Assembly: GCA_030390025.1 (NCBI GenBank)
Contig: CM059432.1
Coordinates: forward strand, 77,688,001-77,748,000
DNA length: 60,000 nt
DNA from: Squalus acanthias
Taxonomy: Eukaryota
Reading direction: 5' to 3'
The notes beneath the pieces are model-generated. The model was not told the DNA's origin. It saw only the letters and a list, made by a program, of their open reading frames with translations, and searched no databases. Of this stretch, positions 1 to 11,819 are shown piece by piece (within the stretch, counting starts at the first letter, position 1; each line of letters begins with the position of its first letter). The position numbers and the translations under genes are program-made.

Positions 1-1
1 A

Positions 2-76
2 CAGAAGGCGCCAACGCGCGACAACATTGCTGCCCGGGATGCAAGGGACGCACTCATCCTGGCCAGATTTGCTTAG
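2..76 (+). CDS. C-terminal end of HARBI1-like Harbinger transposase (partial)
   Basis: Frame 2 reads QKAPTRDNIAARDARDALILARFA*, resembling the 'A..R..LI...F*' end of Harbinger transposases; position tail-to-tail with the Myb gene. Confidence 0.6.
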   Translation, partial: QKAPTRDNIAARDARDALILARFA

Positions 77-334
77 CCTGCACAATCAAACACTTTAGTC
101 TCGCTCCTTCTTACCAGAACATCGACAATGGACAAGAACCTGCGGAATCCTATCACTCTGACCACCATTCTGACAATCACAAGGCGCCCTAAGCCCTCAA
201 TGTGAAAGTCCCATTCGCGAAATCACACAGGCCACAACTTCAACAGTTTGCCATCAAAACACTTGATAATACAATCACAATGATGGCTGGTCCAAAAACA
301 AAACAACACAGCACCCAAATGACTACACTTGTGA

Positions 335-2274
335 CTACTTGTGCTTTATCTTCCTCTTAAGCGTGCTCCTACGTGGTGCTTCCCCTGTGGCTTCAGCAGA
401 TGTGGAGGCCCCTTGCTCACTCTCTTGCTGCTCCTGTCTCGACGCCTTTGGCGGGTGTCCTCTGGGGTGGTGAATCTGTGCGGGCTCGCCAACAGTCTGC
501 TGCTCCTGCGGCTGTGATGCCCATCTCAGTTGAGTGAGGACTCTGGTGGGGCTCTGACCGAGGGCTTTGCTGTGGCATGGTCGTGTGAGCACTTGGAGAG
601 GAGCCCCCACTTCCTTGTTGTCTGCCACCAACATCCCACTCATGGGTCAGCCCCACTTCAGAGCTAGCAAGTGGCTTGACAGCACCTTGCTGCACTGCAG
701 GGGGTCCATGAGGACCCGTTTCTGCACTGGAAGTCCTACTCCAGAGGACTTGCATGAAGGTCTGGTTTGTTTGCTCAATAGCTGACCATTGCTCCTCAAG
801 AGATGTCATTCTATTCTGAACAATCACCATGTTTTCAATACCCTGGCGACTAAGCTCCTCCATGGACGTAGCCATCCTCTCCTCTACCGTAGCCATCCTC
901 TCCTCTACCGTAGCCGGAGGTAGTCATCCTTTCCGCGGTGATGCGTTCATGCGCCAATGCCTCCACAAAGGCTCTGCTCATGTTCGCGATGGACTCCTCC
1001 ATTCGCTCCACACTCACAGCGACCCTGGAGACAAAACCTGCCAGAGACTCCTGCACCTGTTCTTGGAGTTCCAGCACCACTCTCCTTCTGGATGGACCCG
1101 AAGGCACAGGGTCGACATGCAGCGGAGCCGAGCTGGCAGAGTCCTGCACCCTCCGACGAGGACTCTCCACTGCTGTCCCTGTCTCCACCATCTGCTGATC
1201 CTCACTTGTGAGCTGTGATACACCAGGTGACAACACTACTCTATCTCCCGAAGGTCCCACCGAGGTGTGAGTGTCTGCGCTGGTGCTGGGTGTGCTGAAT
1301 TCTGCTGACGCTGCGCCCTCAGAGGTTGCAGCTTCCTCTGAGGAGTCTGGAGGCTCAGGCTGTTCCTCCTGGATAGTGGGGACGGGGGCTTTCGATGGTC
1401 CTGTGGGGGAGTAAAGGAAAGAGTTAGAGATGTGAGGCCAAGGTTACATGCACATTGAATATTGCAGATGATCATAAGTCAATCTGTTAGAGCATCAGAA
1501 TCATTATCAGTGACTCATGCTGTGTCAATGAGAGAGATTCCAAACTATTCTGTCACCAGCTTGCTGTGATACGCCCGTCTGTCTGTCCCCCACTTGGGTA
1601 TCCTCCTCGATCTCAGCAATTTCCAGGGCCGCCTCCTCCCAGAAGGTGAGCTGGGCTACTGAGGGTGGCCCTCCTCCTGTCATGGCTCTTTCCCTCTTAT
1701 TGTGGGCTCTCTTTTCCTGCAATGAGGGACACAAGTGGAGTTTGAGTGAGAATGAAGGAGTGCAGAGAATCCATAGCATAGATGCTTAGAAGGATACAAA
1801 GGACCCTCCCTGTGTGCTGTAAGTTGTTGTTGTCATGGCATCACAGTGATAGGGAGTGTGAGGGCTGCATGGTCAAATAGTTAAGTGAATGTGACCATAG
1901 AGAGAGAGGGAATGGGTAAGGGTGCAAGGATGGAAGTGTCAAGTGGGATGTGGAGGAAGAGGTTGGCAAAGCAGAGTGCTGGTGAGGAGAGGCGATGGGG
2001 ATCAGATTGAGGGTGATGGGAAAGTCATACTCACTTTTCCTGTGCGGAAAAGGTCATGAAACCTCTTCCTGCATTGCAGCCAGGTTCTGCAGCTCATTGA
2101 TATGGAGTTGACCTCCTGGGCCACTTGTAGCCACACAGCTTTTGTCTGCTGGGGTGGGTTTTTTCTCCCTGAGGAAGGGAACAGCACCTCCTTATTACAG
2201 CTGGCACCGTGCACCAGAGCTTGGAGGGAGGGCTCATCAAGTCGAGGAGCAGACTTTTGCTTGATCGTTGACAT
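335..2274 (-). pseudogene. Harbinger Myb/SANT-like (NAIF1/MSANTD-type) gene, 3 exons, frameshifted in exon 3
   Basis: Exon1 2274-2035 (MSTIKQKSAPRLDEPSLQALV...W..VAQEV...RTWLQCRKRFHDL, donor GTGAGT); exon2 1716-1557 (EKRAHNKRERAMTGGGPP, acceptor TTGCAG, donor GTGAC); exon3 from 1400 (acceptor CCCACAG) joins in frame to ORF 850-1260, then shifts into ORFs 417-896 and 335-643. Confidence 0.85.
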
Positions 2275-2601
2275 TTTCCACAATTCAACTCCTTCATATA
2301 AATTGCAGAGCCTTTGCAGTCTCCAGAAGAATCAAGGCTGCTTGCAGGCCTTAAATCCAACAGCATTGATGACGTCATCGGAGGCGACTTTCTGTATGAA
2401 AAGACTCAATGGGCCAGTGGTTCCCACACGCAGGAAATCAATTGCCCAATTAGGGGAAAATCCCACTTTTTCAACACATCACTTAGGAGTCGGGGTCCTG
2501 ACACGATTTCCACCTGACACGCCCCAGCCCGCCCACACTGACAAAATCCTGCCCTTAGTCTCAGAAATTCCCCAAGCTAGCCAGCATTTGCCTATACCAA
2601 G

Positions 2602-2992
2602 TAAAAGAAAGAACTTGCATTTAAATAGCATCTTACCTTGCCGGCAGGATGTCCCAAAGCACTTTACAATCAATGGATTGCTTTTTGAAATGTAATTACT
2701 ATAGGCAAATGAGGCAGCCAATTTGCATACTGCAAGGTTCCACAAGCAGCGAATGATATGAATAACCAGTTAATCATTTTTTTTTTGGTGGTGTAGGTTG
2801 AGGGTAGAATATTGGCCAGGACAGTACGAGAATTCTCTTCTTTCAATAGTGCCATTGGAGCAAGCAGATGGAGCCCCAGTTAAATGGTTCATCTGAATAG
2901 ATTGCACCTCCACAATGCAGCACTCCCTCAGTAACAAACTGAAGTGTCAGCCTAGATTGGCTCAAGTCTGTGGTGGGCCTTGAATCCACAAC
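2602..2992 (-). mobile_element. DeuSINE (SacSINE1-like) tRNA-derived SINE, degraded
   Basis: Reverse strand shows the Deu-domain-like text CTAGGCTGACACTTCAG...CTGAGGGAGTGCTGCA...TGGCACTATTGAAAGAAGAG...CCTGGCCAATATT and an L2-like tail AAAGTGCTTTGGGAC...AAATGCAAG; recognised from memory of the family. Confidence 0.75.
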
Positions 2993-4508
2993 CTTTTTTT
3001 TATTCGATTATGGGATGTGGGCATCGCTGGCAAGGCCAGCATTTATTGCCCATCCCTAGTTGCCCTTGATCAAGTGGTGGTGAGCCACCTTCTTGAAACG
3101 CTGCAGTCCGTGTGGTGAAGGTACTCCCACAGTGTTGTTAGGGAGGGAGTTCCAGGATTTTGACCCAGCGACGATGAAGGAATGGCGATATACTTCTAAG
3201 TCAGGATGGTGTGTGACATGGAGGGGAACTTGGAGTTGGTGGTGTTCCCATGCTCCTGCTGATCTTGTCCTTCTAGATGGAAGAGGTCGCGGGTTTGGGA
3301 GGTGCTGCCGAAGAAGCCTTGACGAGTTGCTGCAGTGCATCTTGTAGATGATACACACTGCAGCCATGGTACGCCGTGGTGGAAGGAGTGAATGTTTAAG
3401 GTGCTGGATGGGGTGCCAATCAAGCGGGCTGCTTTGTCCTGGATGGTGTCGAGCTTCTTCAGTGTTGTTGGAGCTGCACTCATCCAGGCAAGTGGAGAGT
3501 ATTCCATCACACTCCTTACTTGTGCCTTGTAGATGGTAGAAAGGCTTTGGGAAGTCAGGCGGTGAGACACTCGCCGCAGAATACCTAGCCTCTCACCTGC
3601 TCTTGTTGCCACAGTATTTATGTGGCTGGTCCAGTTAAGTTTCTGGTCAATAGTGACCCCCAGGATGTTGATGGTGGGGGATTCGGCAATGGTAATGCCA
3701 TTGAATGTCATGGGGCGGTGGTTAGACTCTCGCTTGTTGGAGATAGTCAATGCCTGGCACTTCTGTGGCGTGAATGTTACCTGCTACTTATCAGCCCAAG
3801 CCTGAACGTCGTCCAGATCTTGTTGCATGTGGGCACGGACTGCTTCATTATCTGAGGAGTTGTGAATGGCACTGAATACTGTGCAGTCATCAGCAAACAT
3901 CATAATTTCTGACCTTATGTTGGAGGGAAGGTCATTGATGAAGCAGTTGAAGATGGTTGGGCCTAGGACACTGCTCTGAGGAACTCCTGCAGCGATGTCC
4001 TGGGGCTGTGATGATTGACCATCAATCACCATAACCATCTTCCTTTGTGCTAGGTATGACTCCAGCCAGTGGAGAGTTTTCCCCCCGATTCCCATTGACT
4101 TCAGTTTTACTAGGGCTCCTTGATGCCACACTCAGTCAAATACTGCCTTGATTGAGAGTAGACTGATGGGGCGGTAATTGGCCGGATTGGATTTGTCCTG
4201 CTTTTTGTGGACAGGACATACCTGGGCAGTTTTCCACATTGTCGGATAGATGCCAATGTTGTAGCTGTGCTGGAACAGCTTGGCTAGAGGCGCAGCTAGT
4301 TCTGGAGCACAAGTCTTCAGCATGATAGCCAGGATGTTGTCAGGGCCCATAGCCTTTGCTGTATCCAGTGCGCTCAGCCATTTCTTGATATTACGTGGAG
4401 TGAATCGAATTGGCTGAAGACTGGCTTCTGTGATGGTGGGGACCTCAGGAGGAGGCCAATTTGGATCATCCACTTGGTACTTCTGGCTGAAGATGGTTGC
4501 GAACACTT
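2993..4508 (-). mobile_element. Family-A LINE (APE-RT, CR1-superclade/Zenon-like), 3' portion with RT, internal deletion near 4150
   Basis: ORFs with PVHKKQDKSNPANYRPISLL, GVPQSSVLGP, FADD, LGVTIDQKLNW; poly(A) tail at 2993-3001; continues at 10087 after a CR1 insertion. Confidence 0.9.
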
Positions 4509-6571
4509 CATAGAAACATAGAAAAATAGGAGCAGGAGTAGGCCATTCTGCCCTTCAAGCCTGCTCCGCCATTCAATATGATCATGGCTGATCCTCTATC
4601 ATCTCAATACCATATTCCCGCTCTCTCCCCATACCCCTTGATGCCTTTTGTGTCTAGAAATCTATCTATCTCCTTCTTAAATATATTCAGTGACTTGGCC
4701 GCCACAGCCTTCTGTGGTAGAGAATTCCACAGGTTCACCACCCTCTCCTCATCTCAGTCCTAAATGTCCTACCCCGTATCCTGAGACTGTGACCCCTCGT
4801 TCTAGGCCCCCCAGCCAAGGGAAACATCCTCCCTGCATCCAGTCTGTCTAGCCCTGTCAGAATTTTATACCTTTCCATGAGATCCCCTCTCATTCTTCTA
4901 AACTCTGGTGAATACAGGCCTAGTTGACCCAATCTCTCCTCATACGACAGTCCTGCCATCCCAGGAATCAGTCTGGTGAACCTTCGCTGCACTCCCTCTA
5001 TGGCAAGTATATCCTTTCTTAGGTAAGGAGACCAAAACCGCACACAGTACTCCAGGTGTGGTCTCACCAAAGCCCTGTAAAACTGTAGTAAGACATCCTT
5101 GCTCCTGTACTCAAATCCTCTTCCAATGAAGGCCAACATACCATTTGCCTTCCTAACTGTTTGCTGCACCTGCATGTTTACTTTCAGTGACTGGTGTACA
5201 AGGACACCCAGGTCCCTTTGTACATCAACATTTCCCAATCTATCACCATTTAAATAATACTCTGCCTTTCTGTTTTTCCTACTGAAGTGGATAACTTCAC
5301 ATTTATCCACGTTATACTGCATCTGCCATGTATTTGCCCACTCACTCAACTTGTCTAAATCGCCTTGAAGCCTCTTTGCATCCTCCTCACAACCCCACTC
5401 TGGGATGCAGATTATCAGGCCCTGGGGATTTATCAGCTTTCAGTCCCATTAATTTCTCTAGCACTATTTTTTTACTAATACTAATTTCCTTTAGTTCCTC
5501 TTTCTCACTAGACCCTTGGTTCCTGAGCATTTCTGGGAAGTTATTTGTGTCCTCTTCCGTGAAGACAGAACCAAAGTATTTGTTTAATTGCTCAGCCATT
5601 TCCTTGTTCCCCATTATAAATTCTCCAGTTTCTGACTGTAAGTGACCTACAGTTGTCTTCACTAATCTTTTTCTTTTTACATACTTGTAGAAGCTTTTAC
5701 AGTCCGCATTTATGTTCCTTGCAAGTTTACTCTCATACTCTATTTTTCCCATCTTAATCAATCTCTTGGTCCTTTTTTTCTGAATTCTAAACTGTCCCAA
5801 TCGTCAGGCTTGCTACTTTTTCTGGCAACTTTATATGAGTCCTCTTTGGATCTAATGCATTCGTACCTTAAATGTTAGCCATTGCCTATCCACCATCATG
5901 CCTTTTAATGAAGCTCCCCAATCTATCATAGACAACTCCCTCCTCATACCTTCGTAGTTTTCTTTGTTCCAATTTAGGACCCTAGTTTCGGATTGGACTA
6001 CTTCAAATTCCATCTTAATGAAGAATTCTATCATGTTATGGTCACTCTTCCCTAAAGGACTGCGCACAACAAGATTATTAATTAACCCATTCTCATTGCA
6101 CAATACCCAATCTAGGATAACCTGTTCCCTAGTTGGCTCCTCAACGTACTGGTCTAAAAAACTATCTTGTACACACTCCAGGAATTCATCCTCCACAGTA
6201 TTATTGCTAATTTGGTTTGGCCAGTCTATATGTAGATTAAAGTCACCCATGATTACTATAGTTACATGCATCTCTAATTTCCTGCTATATGCCATCTCCT
6301 ACATTACCACTACAGTTTGGAGGCCTATGTATAACTCCCACCAATGTTGTCTGCCCCTTGGTGCTTCTTAGCTCTACCCAGACTGATTCTACATCTTGAT
6401 TTTCCGAGTCAATATCCTTTCTCACTATTGCTCTGATTTCATCCTTTACTAACAACGCCACCCCACCTCCTTTTCCTTTCGCCTGTCCTTCCTAAATATT
6501 GAATATCCTTGGATATTCAGCTCCCAGCCTTGGTCACCCTGCAGCCATGTCTCCGTAATCGCAATTATATC

Positions 6572-7312
6572 GGGCCAGAAATTCGGCTTTCTGGCTTCCT
6601 GCGGGTGCAAGCATCACGCGCGTACTTGCCTACCGTGCCTGCTGTTGTGCTTTGGGCCCACGAGGACTTCGGGTCCTGGGCCTCCTGCAGCTGCCGGCGT
6701 GCAGTGCTTGTGTATCCCTGGGGCGCAGTTAGTTCGAAGCGTCCCCTGGGATCACGTGGGCCATGGAGAGCCAATCCTAACAGGGCATTTTCATTCATAG
6801 ATTTGACAGGAAGATCGGCCCCAAAACCACACTTAAACTTCAAATACATTTTTTAAAAAACATCACATTTTTAAAATAACTATAAGTTACATAAATTAAC
6901 GACTTGAAACAAAAATTTAAATTTTTGAAAAAATTAATTATACTTTTCAACGGTGCTAAAAATAAACTTACCTTTCTTTAAAGTATCCAAAAATGATAAA
7001 TCTGTTGAAAAAATGTTTAAATTCTAATTAATTAACCACTTACCTTGTTAAAAACAGGCCTTGCGCCTCCTTTTTAAAAGTGTAGCTTCTCCATACTTAC
7101 CCTCCCGGGGAAACCTGAAAAAAAAACGAAGTTTGCTGCGTGCGCGCAGCCTCTCCCGCACACGCGTTCGACTTCTGAACCCCTTCCTGCAGGGGAACGG
7201 AAGTTCCGGTTTCCCGCGCATGCGCAGTGCATGCAGGAAACCGGCACTTCAGGTGGCCTTACGGGTGAGCACACAACGCGTACTCACCCGACAAGAGCCG
7301 AATTTCTGGCCC
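6572..7312. mobile_element. Non-autonomous Harbinger-type MITE (741 bp)
   Basis: 17-bp perfect TIR GGGCCAGAAATTCGGCT / AGCCGAATTTCTGGCCC; 3-bp TSD ATC (6569-6571, 7313-7315) confirmed against the uninterrupted CR1 copy 2. Confidence 0.9.
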
Positions 7313-7452
7313 ATCGTATCCGTTTTCACCTATTTGCGCTGTTAATTCATCTACCTTATTACGAATGCTTCGTGCATTCAGATACAGTGCCATTAGATTT
7401 GTCTTTTTAACATTTTTAGACATTGTAAAATTTTTTTGTACTATGGCCCTAT

Positions 7453-8345
7453 GGGGGAAAAATTCAGTTGGTTGCGCCTCCCGTTAGCGCCTTAAGAGGG
7501 CGCTAATGGGGCGCAAATTATCTAGCGCCCAGGCGCGGCGATGTTTGCGCCGCTCGCGAAATTAACTAGACACTTTGCGGCGGCGCTAAACACTACCGCC
7601 ACGATCTCCTGCGCCGGCAGATCGTGACATCAGTCGAGTGCGCAACGCCCCGGTATCGCCCCAGAGCGGATATTGAGTGGCGCCCCCTGCCTTACCGCGT
7701 GACGCTAGCAACGACATGTTGAGGGGAACGTTTTGCAGTCATGAAGGGACTGGGGGAGCGCTATTTAAAGGAGACCGCTTCCTGCCTTTTATTGTTGGTG
7801 ACATTTTTGAACCACGCATTCTGAGAGAGAGGGAGAGAGTCTTCTGGAGAGATTCAACGCTGTGTGAAGGAGTTTTGGGTACTGAGCAGCACTTTGCAGG
7901 TTCATTTTGATTTGCCATTCCTTGTATCGATTTAGAAGAGACTGTGGGGGCTGCACTCTGAGCTCTTTCCCTGGTACTCTTCATTGTTCTTTCCAGCAGA
8001 TTTGATGTGCAGGTCTCTCCAGGCCGAGATTCAAGGCTGCAATGAGCAGGATGTGGATGGAAAGCAAGATCAACCATCCCCTGTAAGAACTGGCCCGTGC
8101 CATTGTGTGTGTGTTCCGTTGCTGACTGACATCACATGAGCTTCGCCAGCGCTCTGAGGTAGCGCCTCGCTCCTCGGCCTTTGTGCCTTAAGACAGGTGT
8201 GAAGCGCCTGATTTAGCACTCCAATCACCTCCAGGGGCGATAAAAGTCAAGTTTGCAGTCGGTGGCGATAATTAGCGCCAGGCGCTAATCTTTGCGCCCG
8301 GCCGATAATTGCGCCCCAAATGGGGCGATACTGAATTTCTCCCCC
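7453..8345. mobile_element. Non-autonomous Harbinger-type MITE (893 bp)
   Basis: 16-bp TIR GGGGGAAAAATTCAGT / ACTGAATTTCTCCCCC (1 mismatch); 3-bp TSD TAT (7450-7452, 8346-8348); GCGCC-rich subterminal regions. Confidence 0.9.
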
Positions 8346-8528
8346 TATGTGTCTTACCATTTTTTCTTACCTGGACCCTATTTGTTAGTGCACTCTTTTG
8401 TTTGTACGCTCTGTCCCTTCCTGACACAATCTGGTTATCCTTACCCCAATCACTTTCCTGCACTGCTTCCTTGTCTTCTCTCTTTAGCATTCTAGATTTC
8501 TCTCCACCGGGACCCTCCCCCCCCTTAT

Positions 8529-9482
8529 TTAGTTTAAAGCCCTATCTACCTCCCAAGTTATTCGATTTGCTAGAACTCTGGTCCCAGCATGGTTCAGGTG
8601 TAGTCCGTCCCAACGGAAGAGATCTCTCTTTCCCCAGTACTGGTGCCACTGCCCCACAAATCGAAACCCACTTCTCCCACACCAATCTTTGAGCCACGCA
8701 TTCATCTCCCTGATCCTACTGACCCTATGCCAATTTGCTCGTGGCTCAGGTAATAATCCAGAGATTATTACCTTTGTGGTTCTGCTTTTTAATTTAGTCC
8801 CTAGCTGCTCAAACTCTCTCAGCAGAACCTCTTTCTTAGTCCTACCTATGTCATTGGTACCTACGTGGACCACGACAACTGGATCCTCCCCCTCCCACTC
8901 CAAGTTCTTCTCCAGCCCGGAGGAGATGTCCTTTACCCTGGCACCAGGTAGGCAACATAGCCTTCGGGACCCACGCTCCTGGCTGCAGAGAACAGTGTCT
9001 ATCCCCTTAACTATACTGTCGCCTACTACAACCACCTTCCTTTATACTCCCCCCACTTGAATGGATTCCTGTACCACGGTGCCGTGGTCAGTTTGCTCAT
9101 CCTCCCCGCAGTTCCTGCACTTGTCCACAAGGGTTGCAAGAACCTCAAATCTATTGGACAAGTGCAGGGACTGAGGCTCCTGCAATACTACCTCCTGGAT
9201 CCCCGTACCTGCCTCACTCGCAGTCACACCCTCCTGTCCCTGACCATGTGTCAATTCTAAAGTATTTAATCTAAGGGATGTGGCTGCCTCCTGGAGCAAA
9301 AGGTCCAGGTAACTTTCTCCCTCCCTGATGTCTCGCAATGTCTGCAGTTCGGACTCCAGCTCCTCAACTCGGAGCCGAAGTTCCTCGAGCCGCAGACACT
9401 TACTGCAGATGTAGTCACCCTGGACAAAAATGTCCACAAGCTCCCACATATTGCAGCAGCAACACATCTCCTGTTCTCCCAT
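8529..9482 (-). pseudogene. CR1 ORF1 (CxxC zinc finger, leucine zipper, SGNH esterase) with one nonsense codon
   Basis: CCCCNMW...CSKCLRLEELRLRVEELESEL; GDSI, GTND and DGLHL esterase motifs; TAA at 9042 where copy 2 has AAA. Confidence 0.9.
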
Positions 9483-9697
9483 TATTTTATTAATTTATTT
9501 AATTAATTAGTTTAGTGTTAATCAAATTATTTACCTCATTTAGTTTATTAAATTAAGTTTAGTTTTTAAAATTTAGTTATATGCTATATGTTAACTTAAA
9601 ACTTAGCCCACAGTCACTACCAATCACTTACCTGCCTTACCTGTGATGTCACGCTGTAGTTTTCTCTTGTAGTTGCAGGTCTGCGGCTGCTTTTATC

Positions 9698-9916
9698 CCC
9701 GCTCTCGGGCCTCGGTCCGCTCCCGCTCTCGGGCCTCGGTCCGCTCCCGCTCTCGGGCCTCGGTCCGCTCCCGCTCTAGGGCCTCGGTCCGCTCCCGCTC
9801 TCGGGCCTCGGTCCGCTCCCGCTCTCGGGCCTCGGTCCGCTCCCGCTCTCGGGCCTCGGTCCGCTCCCGCTCTCGGGCCTCGGTCTGCTCCCGCTCTCGG
9901 GCCTCGGTCTGCTCCC
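9698..9916. repeat. 24-bp CpG-rich tandem repeat, 9 units, in CR1 5'UTR
   Basis: Unit CCCGCTCTCGGGCCTCGGTCCGCT repeated nine times. Confidence 0.95.
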
Positions 9917-10086
9917 ACTCAGGTCCACCACCGCTCTGCGGGAGAGGTTAGGAAAAGCAAGGCAAAGCAGCACCTCCTTCCCCCACTTCACCGAACTCCC
10001 ACACTTACCAAACTCCCAAGTTGTTCACTCTGCGCCAAGCTGCACTCAGTGCCAAACTGAACTCCAACCTCCCTTGTTTATACTGC

Positions 10087-11132
10087 TGTCTTTTGCACTC
10101 GCATGCTGGGCTCCATCATCATTGAGGATGGGGATATTCATGGAGCCTCCTCCTCCCGTTAGTTGTGTAATGGTCCACCACCATTCACAACTGGATGTGG
10201 CAGGCCTGGAGAGCTTTGATCTGATCCGTTGATTGTGGGATCGCTTAGCCCTGTCTATAGCATGCTGCTTCCGCTTTTTAGCATGCATGTAGTTCTGTGT
10301 TGTAGCTTCCCCAGGTTGGCACCTCATTTTTAGGTATGCCTGGTGCTGCTCCTGGCATGCTCTTCTACACTCCTTATTGAACCAGGATTGGTCCCCTGGC
10401 TTGATGTAATGGTAGAGTGAGGGATATGCCAGGCCATGAGGTTATAGACTGTGGTGGAATATAATTCTGCTGCTGCTGATGGCCCACAGTGCCTCATGCA
10501 TGCCCAGTTTTGAGCTGCTAGATCTGTTCTGAATCTATCCCATTTAGCATGGTGGTAGTGCCACACAACACGATGGAGGGTGTCCTCAGTGTGAAGATGG
10601 GACTTCGTCTCCACAATAACTGTGCGGTGGTCACTGCTACCAATGCTGTCATGGACAGATGCATCTGCGACAGGTAGATTGGTGAGGACGAGGTCAAGTA
10701 GGTTTTTCCCTCGTGTTGATTCTCTCACCACCTGTCGCAGGCCCAGACTGGCAGTTATTTCCTTCAGGATTCGGCCAGCTCGATCAGTAGTGGTGCTACC
10801 GAGCTACTCTTGGTGATGGACGTTGAAGTCCCCCACCCAGAGTACATTCTGCGCCCTTGCTACTCTCGGTGCTTCTTCCAAGTGGTGTTCAACATGGCAG
10901 AGTACTGATTCATCAGCTGAGGGAGGGTGGTAAGTGGTAATCAGCAGGAGGTTTCCTTGCCCATGCTTGACCTGAAGCCATGGGACTTCATGGGGTCCGG
11001 AGTCAATGTTGAGGACTCCCAGGGCCACTCCTTCCCGACTGTATACCACTGTGCCACCACCCCTGTGGGTCTGTCCTGCCGGTGGGACAGGACATACCCA
11101 GGGATGGTGATGGGAGAGTTTGGCACATTGGC
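10087..11132 (-). mobile_element. Family-A LINE, 5' (APE endonuclease) portion of the copy at 2993-4508, 5'-truncated
   Basis: GGGTVVY, YHPPS, GDFNVHH, LDLVLTN, SDH motifs; sequence is continuous with 4508 when compared to 50060-50095. Confidence 0.9.
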
Positions 11133-11819
11133 TATGGAGGAGTTTGGGACCTTCCGACCCTGTGGCAGGAGTGCATCCAATTGTGCCAAGCTGACACTTG
11201 TAGATGATCAAAGTACTACAAAAAGTTTCCTTTCTACCTGTTACATCTTGATCGAGGCCACATGAAAAGCACTTAGAGAACTGTATAGCTCTCTCATAGC
11301 TTAACATGCTTGTCCTTACTGTACCAGTGCAAACTTTCTAGCTGCAACTTTGAGTTGCAACTATTGTTGCACTTATATCTGTAGAGGTGCCTGAAAGCAA
11401 GCTTCCAAAAAACTTCGCTGTATGATGCACGTTTGTTTATTTACACACACTGAAATGCAGTATAGGAGCTTGGGTGTCACTGCTGTACTCTTAAAATTGC
11501 AACTTCCCTGTACTTAAGTGTCAGCCTTGACAATGTGCTTAAGAAAGCAGCACATAATACGAGGAGAAAACCCCACACAGGAGGAGGGCTTTCAGTGCAT
11601 TTGAGGACTTTTGTCAAAATCTTAGAGATTGAGAGTAGAGAGGGGTGGAGGAATGAGAAACTAGAGGCCTCTCTCAGGACTCAGGACCATTCTTTTCCTG
11701 TTTCCCTTGATCCCTCTATTCAAAGACTCGAATACAATACCATGATACACATTACCATGTCAGTATTATTTGAAGGGGTGTTTTGTTACCATAATTCTAA
11801 TATTTCTCTCCAGTTCATA

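Larger units (their letters stand above)
1..2554. mobile_element. Harbinger (PIF/Harbinger) DNA transposon, one end, extending beyond window start
   Basis: Convergent HARBI1-like transposase C-terminus (+) and spliced Myb/SANT gene (-); terminus ...ACAAAATCCTGCCC at 2554 followed by TTA (typical TWA target). The opposite TIR is outside the window. Confidence 0.8.
4509..10088 (-). mobile_element. Near full-length CR1 LINE (copy 1) inserted into family-A LINE; internal RT deletion and two MITE insertions
   Basis: 5'UTR, ORF1 (Zn finger + esterase), ORF2 APE (GDFN, SDH) and RT C-terminus (RPHLEYC..FWSP); TTTCTATG-type tail; RT core missing at ~5395 relative to copy 2. Confidence 0.95.

Noticed and set aside
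335..2274. Domesticated host NAIF1/MSANTD gene
   Set aside because: Frameshifted and still inside a transposon terminus with a convergent transposase
2102..2695. 197-aa plus-strand ORF
   Set aside because: Antisense to Myb exon 1 and crosses the transposon terminus into a SINE
9649..9991. Repetitive ORFs (GADRGPRA)n, (SRSRASVR)n
   Set aside because: By-products of the 24-bp 5'UTR minisatellite; the sister copy has a single unit
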